Assembly: GCA_002245135.1 (NCBI GenBank) | Contig: NGBS01000588.1 | Span: forward strand, 1 to 64,000 | Origin: Proteromonas lacertae | Taxonomy: Eukaryota | Length of the DNA: 64,000 nucleotides | Reading direction: 5' to 3' | Part shown: positions 54,846 to 64,000 of the stretch, piece after piece | Position numbering within the stretch: the stretch's first letter is position 1 | Layout of the letters: each line of letters opens with the position of its first letter | Made by a program: the position numbers and the translations under genes | Notes under the pieces: model-generated | What the model was told of the DNA's origin: nothing | Database searches by the model: none | What the model saw: only the letters and a program-made list of their open reading frames with translations

Positions 54846-57208
54846 ATGGATATTTCTAGAGTCTGGGTTCACAAAGGTGATACATCAGAAAAGCGATACC
54901 ACAACCCAAAGACAAATGTATATAACAATTAGATAATATCCAATTAGAAAGAATGTCCAGTACCATTTTATTCAGCAATGACAATATCACCAAAACAAAT
55001 ATTCATTGGAAAAGTATAAGATATGTTTATAACATTATTATCTATAGTATACTGGTGAAATATTATGTTTTGCAAACCAAACAAGTAGACCAATCATATT
55101 CCCAGGTCATAGTCAAAGCGTGACATCTCTAATATATGTAGCAGCAGTAGCTGATGGTGTAATATTCTCAGGATCTTCAGACAGAACTATTCGTTTGTGG
55201 GATATCAAAAAACCACCCGAAAAATCATGTGTTCAAGTTATACATGGACATGGTGGAACAATCAATAGATTAAACTTTTTAGATGAAATATTAATATCTT
55301 GTAGTACAGATTGTACAATAAGACTATGGAAAAATGAAGATGGTAGAGAATTATTACTTTATCCATATTTTATTCAAATGCAAATTATTACAATAAAAGA
55401 TATGTATAATGATGAATTTATTATATTGATATTAGATGGGTTCAAGATTTAACTTTACATTTTGGTGATTATTCTCAACTTTATTTGGCTTGTAGTAATG
55501 GAGATATGATTGTCTATGAAAGAAGACCATATGACAAGGAATTTGAATTGAAAGATAATTACAATAATATTCATACATTATCAATAACACGATGTATATT
55601 GATATATGAGGAAAATTTAATTATTACTATTTCTTATGATAATACATGTTGTATTTATTATGCTGGATAATGGTAATATTGTGTTGGAATTACAGAATGA
55701 AAGAAGATGTAGGTTTACTGCATTGGATTGGCATTATTTATATCATGAATTATACTTATGTGATGATTCTGGATATGTTGAGATTTGGGATATATTTTTA
55801 AGAAGATTGAAGAAGAAAGATCAAATCACAAACAGTTCTATTAATGAGATAAAGTGTAGACAAAATACAAATAATTTTGTTGTTCAATTAAGTATAAACA
55901 ATTTTTTATAATATTTTTATTATTTTAATAAATAGAAAATAAATGTTGTGAATTTACTGTAATTCGTGATTTAGATTATAAACTATATGAAGGTCATTCT
56001 GAAGCAGTAATAGGCTTAGTAAATGTTGAACCAACTTTAAACACAATTGGAGATCAACCTCGAATATATTCAGTAGGACAAGACAGTAAAATAATGTATA
56101 TTTTTATATATTATTGAATAGTACTTGGGATCCATACGATATGTCGCCATTATTAACATTCAATGATACAGACAGTGAAACTACCTGTATATTATACCTA
56201 ACAGGTTGTAAGTTAATATTAACAGGTAGTGAAAATGGTACATTAAAATGGTGGAATCCTGATAGTGGTTCTTACTTAGCAATGCAAGAACATGATAATA
56301 CAGTAAGCAGTATTGATTTTGTTGAACAAATTCGTGAAGATATTATCGCAAGTTGTGATTATGATGGTTCAATATGTATTTGGACTTGTTCAAAGCGAAG
56401 ATCCATGACTCCGCATTTAGAATGTAAAATTGAAACGAATAAAAATTCAAGTAGACAAGATGGCGAATTATTGGCTGTTAAATGGATTAATAGTTTATAT
56501 AATAATGAAGAAACATGGCTAATATCATGTGCAGGAAATGATAAAGTAATTAGAGTGTATGATTATACCAATCATACAATGGTATTGGATTTAAAAGGTC
56601 ATAGAGATAGTATAACAGTATTAAATTTTGATAATAATTTCTTATTCAGTGGAAGTGAAGATGGTGATATTTATATTTGGAATATAAGAATGTTAACTGA
56701 AACTTATAAATTATGTAAATGCCATTGCCATGATACAAGTATTCGATGTATAACGATATTAGAAAATGGTTTTATAATGTCTGCTGCTTTTGATGGTAAG
56801 ATTAATATTTGGGATTATGATCCTGATAGAATAAATCAAAGAAAAATTCATAGAGAAAAAGAAGAAGAAAGAAGAAGAAGAGAAGAATATGATGATGATG
56901 ATGATATTAATTTACCAATTATTCAGAAGGAGATGGAAAGAGTTCCAACAGAGGAAGAGTTGTTAGAAGAAGAGAATGGACAGATTGAATGTGTTTATAC
57001 TATTACACATAAGTATAAGTGTTGGTGTGTGATTTGTAGAAAAGATGGAGATAAATGTAGTCTTTTTGCTGGTATGGATGAGGGAAAGATTATTACTTAT
57101 ACTGTAACTAATGATATATTTGAAGTTCCAGAAGATGAAGAAGAATTAGATAATCCATCAGAAGAGAATGTGACTAATACTGAAGAAAGTAAAGATAATA
57201 CTAAATAA
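54846..57208 (+). CDS. WD40-repeat protein
   Basis: Many GH...S.S.D.TIRLW units across ORFs 55120-57208, joined by short introns; indel near 55666; acidic tail. Confidence 0.85.
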
Positions 57209-57267
57209 TAATACAATAACATTCTAAAATCATTTTATTTAATTTTTAATATGTTTTATTGAAGAAA

Positions 57268-58019
57268 ATGCAAAATGCATTTTCAAACCAGTATTCGAAC
57301 TATTTTTATTCATCTCAGTTTTTGATGACAACTACAACAATTGGTCTTACTGGTGGTATTTGTTGTATATTATTTTAGATAATTAATTTTAATTAGCAGG
57401 AAAATCAACATTAACAAACGAATTCAAGAAATATGGCGCTTTGGTGATTGATGCTGATAAAATCTGTCATGAAATATATGAAAAAGGCTGTGATGCATAT
57501 AATAAAATGATTGAAGTATTTGGAGAACATATTCTAAATGAACAAAGAGAAATTAATAGAGCTAAAATAGGTGAAATTGTATTTAATGACAAAAGTATAG
57601 CAATTTGAATTGTTATATGTTTTGTTTAGATGAGTTGAAGAAATTAACAGATATAACTTGGCCAGCAATAGCAAATAGAATAAAAGAAATATTGGATGAA
57701 CCATCCTCTCAAAATAGAGTTAGAGTAGTAGAAGCAGCAGTTCTATTTGAAGCTGGTTGGAAAGATTTCGATCAAGTATGTAATCCAAAGTTATAATGTT
57801 GAATAGATATGGGTTATATGTGTAGAACCAGAGATAGCAATTCAAAGATTAATGAAACGTAATAATCTAACTGAGAAACAAGCTAGAGACAGAATTAACA
57901 ATCAAATGTCTAATGAAGAGAGAATAAAGAGATCAGATGTAGTTATATGGAATAATGACAATATTAGTGAAAGTATAGAGAATATAAATCAACAAATACA
58001 ACAGAAACTACATATTTAA
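57268..58019 (+). CDS. Dephospho-CoA kinase (CoaE family)
   Basis: IGLTGGIC/SGKST, VIDADKICHEIY, INRAKIGEIVF, VVEAAVLFEAGW, RLMKRNNL...RINNQM; three introns; alternative ATG at 57325. Confidence 0.9.
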
Positions 58020-58032
58020 ATAAATCACTTAA

Positions 58033-60255
58033 TTATTTTATGAATTTCTTAAAATGTGCTTTTTTCTCTATTAACATAATTATAAAAAATATACGAGCTT
58101 TATATGCTTTAAATCTTAATTTGTTAATAACAGCATCATTTTGAGTTGGATCTTCTTTTTTTGTTGGTGATTTCATAGTCTGTATGACTTTTTCTGCTAA
58201 TCTTTTCTTCCTTTCATTTTCTTTATCAATAAAATACTGTTGATCACTATATTTAAATATAAATATAAATATATTAATCAATACATTTGTAAATGAAAAT
58301 CATCATCTTCAAACCCTTTAGGGATATCAAAATCTTCTGATAAACATTCTATTAGAGAATAAATAAAAACAAAACATTATATATATACTCAATATTTTAT
58401 ATATTTCTGTTTCACTACAACCTCCACATAAACATCCAGCTAAACATTCTAAACTAGTAATAATATGCTATATAAATAATTATTAACAATAACAATATAT
58501 TATACTGGTTTAATATAGTTTTTAGCCAAAAGATATTCCATTGTTTTGGTATAATAAACTGGTGCTAAATCTGATATTATGTATGGTAATAATTCATTGA
58601 ATAAATTAATAAGTGCAAAAGCATCAACTTCTTTCAATAGAATATACATCAAATCAGAATTAAAAACATCATTTGCATTAACAATTTTTGATATTATTTT
58701 ATATTTATCATTATTAGACAATAAATAACCACTTAATTTCTTTATTATTGTTATAACATCATTATAAGAACCACCATGTAAAAACAATGAACTATCTTCA
58801 CTTAAATCTATTTCCTTATTTCCTTTCTTTTCATTGGATAATAGATCATGCAATATTTTCATTTCACAATTAATTCCATGTGTTTCAAAAAAAGAAGAGA
58901 TAATTTCTTCAATCATTTTATCCAAATTCTTATAGCCTTTTCCAGTTATTACTCTATCATTTAAAATTGATAGAATTACAGCATATTTTTCTTTTAATCC
59001 CATTTCACTAGTTGAACTGAGTATATGCAATGTAACTCTTGAATTGACATTATCATTATTAGCATAATAATTATTACTATTCATCAGATTAACTGAATTA
59101 TTCTTATCTTCTAACTTAAAATCCACTTTTTTACTATTATTGTCATTGTTGTTATTAGTATAAGAATTAGTTGTAGTAGTAGAAGCATTCAATGGACTAT
59201 TATTTACACTTGAATCTGTCATATTTGTTGTAGTAGTTTTAGCTGTTCTTCCACTATTCAAATCATCAATACTTTCTTCTAACAATATATCAGGAGGAAT
59301 AACAGATTTCATATCAGTCAATAACCCATGAAGATAATTTGATATACCAGAGTCTTGATAATTTGTATCTATTTTTTCAATATGTTTCTGTGGAGATAAA
59401 TGAAATTCATTTTCATATTCTTCCACTTTAGTCTTCATCTCATCATATCCTTTTTCTAATTCTTTAATTCTATCTTCATATTTCATTACTGCATCTTTTA
59501 ATGCCTTTTCTTTTTCTTCTATTGCCTTCATAGATTCTGCTCTTAATTCTCTGTAATTGTCTTTAAAATATGTGTAAATATTTGTTTGATTATTCCACAA
59601 TTCTAATAAGAATCTCGAACTATCTGTATAATTGATTGATATGTATTTACAGGTTTGATTAAAACAAAATGTATAAGTTTCATATAAATCCTATTTAAAT
59701 AATATAATTATTAACTATATACATACTTCAACTGTTGTTTTATTCTTTTCATAATATTCAACTTCTTTTTGTTTTATCATATTTTGAAGTTCTTCTAGAT
59801 TGTAGGTTGTTTCTGACTTATCTTTAAAATCTGTAAATACTGTATCTCTCCATATAGTACTGATTGCTGAAGGAGGTCTTGATTTTCTCAGTTTATTCAT
59901 TCTTTTCTAATTGATTATAACAATTTATATTATACTTCCCATTTAATATCGTCTAATCTACTACTAGGAAATTAATTCGTCAATATCCATTGGTTTTGGT
60001 CTTAATAATGGTTGTTCTGAAAAAAGATTATATTCTGAACCCTTATTACTAACTCCTTTTTTATTAGTATCATAATAACCGTAATAATAGACATTTTCTG
60101 GATCATCTAACCTTCCGGATCCTACATTCAATTAGAGAAAATATACTTGAACTTAATTTTGATGATCTAGTGAAAAATTGTGACTCTAGAGATTAAATAA
60201 TTTAAACTATACTGGTACTACTGTTAGATCTACGAATTGATTTTTTTAAACTCAT
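58033..60255 (-). CDS. Hypothetical multi-exon protein with coiled coil
   Basis: ORFs 59715-59900, 58500-59600 and 58033-58281 plus upstream small exons join through GT-AG introns; one indel near 59970; no family recognised. Confidence 0.55.
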
Positions 60256-60406
60256 AATGAAACGAATAAAATATTTAAACACATAATTCAACATAAGATA
60301 AATAATTTACATTTTTGACAGTAGTAGTAACAAAAACAACACATTTAAAAACTGATATATATTAAAAATTCTTTATGAATAACAAACACATAAATAAATG
60401 AGCTAC

Positions 60407-61705
60407 TTATTTGTAACAGACTTTGCTCTCACCTCCTTCAAGTTTTACTAAGTAATTCTTTACAATTTCCACTGATACATTCACAGCTATTCATATAATA
60501 ATGTAAAATCATATACATTTTGCTCCTTTGCTTTGTAACCACTCAGATGCCAATAACTTCTGTGCTGGTAATCTATTATTAGGCTAATAAAAATATTAAA
60601 ACTCAATCTATACATTCTTCTGCAAACAAATTGAAATAAAATTCTTCAATTCAGGAGATACAAAATCAGGAAGTGGAGGAGGTTCATCTTCAATAATAGA
60701 TCTTATCAACTACAAAATAATAAACATTCCGATATTAATATATACATCAATTTCAGTATCACTTGATTCGTAAGGAAACACACCAGAAACACATTCATAA
60801 ACCACAATACCTAAACTCCATATATCACTTGGATAACTATATTCCTTACCTTCCATCCTTTCTGGTGACATATATCGAAATGTTCCTACAAAGGTACTAC
60901 ACATGCTTTTATCACCTAATTCTTTACTTATACCAAAATCTGTCACTTTTACTTGTCCTAAGTTGTTGACTAAAATATTCTGTGGTTTGATATCTCGATG
61001 AACCTTTTTTTCTACTGTTAAATAGCCTAAAGCCCATAATACTTGATAGGTAATTCCTGCTAATGGTACTTCTGGTATAGTTTTACCTTTTCCTCCAAAC
61101 TATATCAAATTAATAAATTAAGGTATAATCTATACTGCATCTAGAGATCCTCTATCCATGAATTCAATTGCAATACATATATCATCTTTATGTAAAAATG
61201 CACCATAAAAATGAACCAACCTATATATTAACTAAATTATATAATTTATACGTTACACAGTTAATTTTGCTTAGAACATGTAATTCTTTCACTAATTGAT
61301 CTCTATTAGCTTTTTCATTAATATTAATAAACTAATATTACATTATAAGTAAGATAAATACTTTAACAGCAATTTCTTTACCATTCTTTTTATATAAGCC
61401 TCTTTTAACTGAACCACTACAACCTTGTCCTAGATGTTCTTTAAATTCAATTTGATCATATGTCAAACCCTATTTCCAATTATAAATCTCATAAAATATA
61501 CTTCAGATTTTGTCTCTGATCCTATCAATCCTTCTGTTTATAGAACATTAAAGAAACTAATTATTAATTATTTCAAAAAAGATATATTTATCTTCATATC
61601 ACCTTTAACAAAGACATGTCCATCTGTATCATATGATTGCATCATCATATCATTTTCAGTGACAGAACTATCTAATGTCAGAGTGGGTCTCTTCTTGCCT
61701 GGCAT
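60407..61705 (-). CDS. MAP kinase kinase (STE7/MEK family)
   Basis: Docking motif MPGKKRPTLTL, GQGCSG, EFMDRGSL, HRDIKPQN, DFGISKELGDKSMCSTFVGTFRYMSPER. Confidence 0.9.
61536..61585 (-). other. Probable U12-type intron with non-GT-AG ends in the MAP2K gene
   Basis: ATATCTTT 5' site and TTTCTTTAAT branch site (61547-61556). Removing 48 nt deletes an in-frame TAA and restores KGDMKIN-x-EGL. Confidence 0.6.
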
Positions 61706-61799
61706 GAAATATTAAAAACTATCAAAAACAATATCAAATCAAGCTTCAAGGTTTGACATTATTAAAATTCTTTTTTTTTGATTCTTCTCTCATTTCACA

Positions 61800-64000
61800 A
61801 TGGAAGTTGAAACTCCTACAACAAATGAACAATCACATGTATTGATATATATTTTTGCTATTCATATGCATTTATTCATTGTTATAGTACGAAGAATTGT
61901 CTTTACACGACAAGGTAAAGGATAGATTATCACACAACTCTGTTCATGAAGCTTGTGATTTATTGTTGGAAGCAAAAGAGTTACAATATTTGCAAGACCT
62001 TCCTGAGTTAGATGAACAAAACTTCAGAAAATTGTGCTTATATTTAATCAGAACATCCTCCTATATGGTTGATTATGAAGATTTAACCCAATTATTGACA
62101 GTATTTGAGTATGTGATTATAATTAATTAGGTTGCTTACAACATATTCATTCGTTTCAAGTGTTATCCAGATGCTCTTCGTATTGCATTACGTTTAAATA
62201 GTAAAAATATGATTGAAGATGTGTATATCTTATACATTTTATTTCATTTAGTTTCAATATGACAGATGATGCTTCAATGAAAAAACAATTATGTTTCTTA
62301 TTAGGTCGTCAATCTTATTTTTCATATGTCACTGAAGATGATGAACTCAATCAATTAATCGGTAATCTCAATAGAACCAAGTACTTCTTAAGCTTAGGTA
62401 AAGATTTAGATGTATTAGAATTAAAGACACCTCAAGACATCTACAAGTCCCACCTAGGAGATACAGGTAGTACGTCCTATAATGCAGATGGTGTAGAAGT
62501 AGTTTCCGCCAAACAAAATGAAGCATCTGCTTATGTCAACGGATTTGTCAATTTAGGATTTTGCAATGATAAATTCATATCTGATAAAAATTTCGAATAT
62601 ATCTTCAAATGCCGTGATTATGGTATGTTAGCCTCTGCAGCTTCTATCGGTATGTGTTACCAATGGAATCCTGATGAAGGATATTCCCGATTAGAATCAT
62701 TATTAAGGAGTGATAATGGACAAATTCAAGCTGGTGCAATATTAGGTATTGGTATAATGAATGCTGGTACATACAACAATGAATTTCAGACATGTTATGG
62801 ATTATTATACGATAAGCTACACAATAGTAATATCAGTCTCTCCAATCGAGATTTAATTATTGATAGCAGTTTATTGTCTATGGGTATTGCTTATGCTGGT
62901 TCATTCTATGATGGTGCTTTTGACTGTTTAAGAGAGTATTTAGATGGTGAAAGATTGAGTGATAGTTATAGAAGTAGTTGTATTGCATCCTTATCATTAG
63001 GTATCACCTTTGTGGGTAGTAGAAATGAAGATGCTGTTAATGCAATTGTTACTAAGATCATGATGACTGAAGCCTCACAATTAGAACAACCAATTACAAT
63101 GTTGATGTGTTTAGGTTTAGGTTTGCTGTTTTTGAATACACAGGAATATTCTCAAGCTATTTTGGAAGTTTGTGGTACATTTGATGAGAGTGTAAGTCAA
63201 ATGGCTTCATTAGTTGTTGAGACATGCGCTTATGCTGGTTCTGGCAATGTTTTACAAATACAGAAATTGTTACATATTTGTGCTGAACATTTAACTGAGA
63301 AAGCTAATCACCAGATGGTTGCTGTTATTGGATTGTCGTTAATTAGCTTTGGTGAGAATATTGGTAAAGAAATGGTATTAAGAACAATAACTCATTTATT
63401 GCAATATTGTGAAACACCCATTAAGTATATTTTTTATTTGTACATTCTTATATAGACGAGCTGTGCCACTATCAATTGGATTATTGTATGCAAGTGATCC
63501 TGAATTTAGTATTATTGAAATGATATCTCGTTTAACACATGATTCTGATGATGAAATCTGTTATAATAGTATTTTATCATTAGGCTTGATAGGGCTTGGT
63601 ACAAACAACAGCAAAATTGCTGGATTACTCCGTCAGTTGAATGTATATTACGCTAAAGACGAAAAGAAATTGTTCTTAGTAAGAATATCACAAGGATTAT
63701 TACATATGGGTAAAGGTTTAGTCACTATTAACCCATTACACTCAGATTTCTTCTTAGCAAACCCTGTAAGTATCAGTAGTCTATTGGGAGTTATATATGG
63801 ATGTTTATGCAGTGGATCAACCATATTTAAGGATTTACCACATATTTTGTATTTCATTGCTCCAGGAGTTATGCCAAGAATGTTAATGTTCTTAGATGAG
63901 AACTTAGAGAATAAAGGAATAAATATAAGAGTTGGACAAGCTGTAGAAATTGTTGGTCAAGCTGGTGATCCAAGAGCAATCTCTGGATTCCAGACTCATG
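61800..64000 (+). CDS. RPN1: 26S proteasome regulatory subunit Rpn1/PSMD2 (3'-truncated by the window edge)
   Basis: HNSVHEACDLLLE, SAKQNEASAYVNGFVNLG, CAYAGSGNVLQIQKLLHICAEH, RRAVPL, GLLHMGKGL, RVGQAVEIVGQAG..AISGFQTH. Confidence 0.95.

Noticed and set aside
700..59975. Programmed ribosomal frameshifting or RNA editing as the cause of broken frames
   Set aside because: No shared slippery motif, both +1 and -1 shifts occur, and homopolymer context points to sequencing error.

Overview
AT-rich, gene-dense eukaryotic nuclear DNA with many very short (about 25-35 nt) GT-AG introns and TGTTTGTT motifs near some stop codons. This best fits a Blastocystis/Opalinata-type gut stramenopile (inference). 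Splicing the ORF fragments by hand gives about 22 protein-coding genes, one tRNA-Ala(UGC), and a 2.7-kb hAT DNA transposon with an 8-bp target-site duplication. Most notable: (1) a local family of kinase/pseudokinase-LRR proteins plus a BTB-BTB-BACK-LRR protein, with phase-1 introns repeatedly at the same LRR position, suggesting a modular sensor repertoire; (2) two U12-type (minor spliceosome) introns sharing a TTTCTTTAAT branch site, one AT-AC and one possibly AT-AA; (3) a large protein of seven EF-hand modules, each ending in a FxxWY...PWLELLD..KWP motif; (4) a membrane guanylyl cyclase with inverted catalytic halves; (5) a Whirly-like protein with a mitochondrial-type presequence; (6) flagellar DRC9/IQCG; (7) an RPN1 that appears to lack its N-terminal domain. 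Many single-base indels in conserved genes look like uncorrected long-read errors, so pseudogene calls are tentative. All gene models and family calls are by eye; no database search was run.
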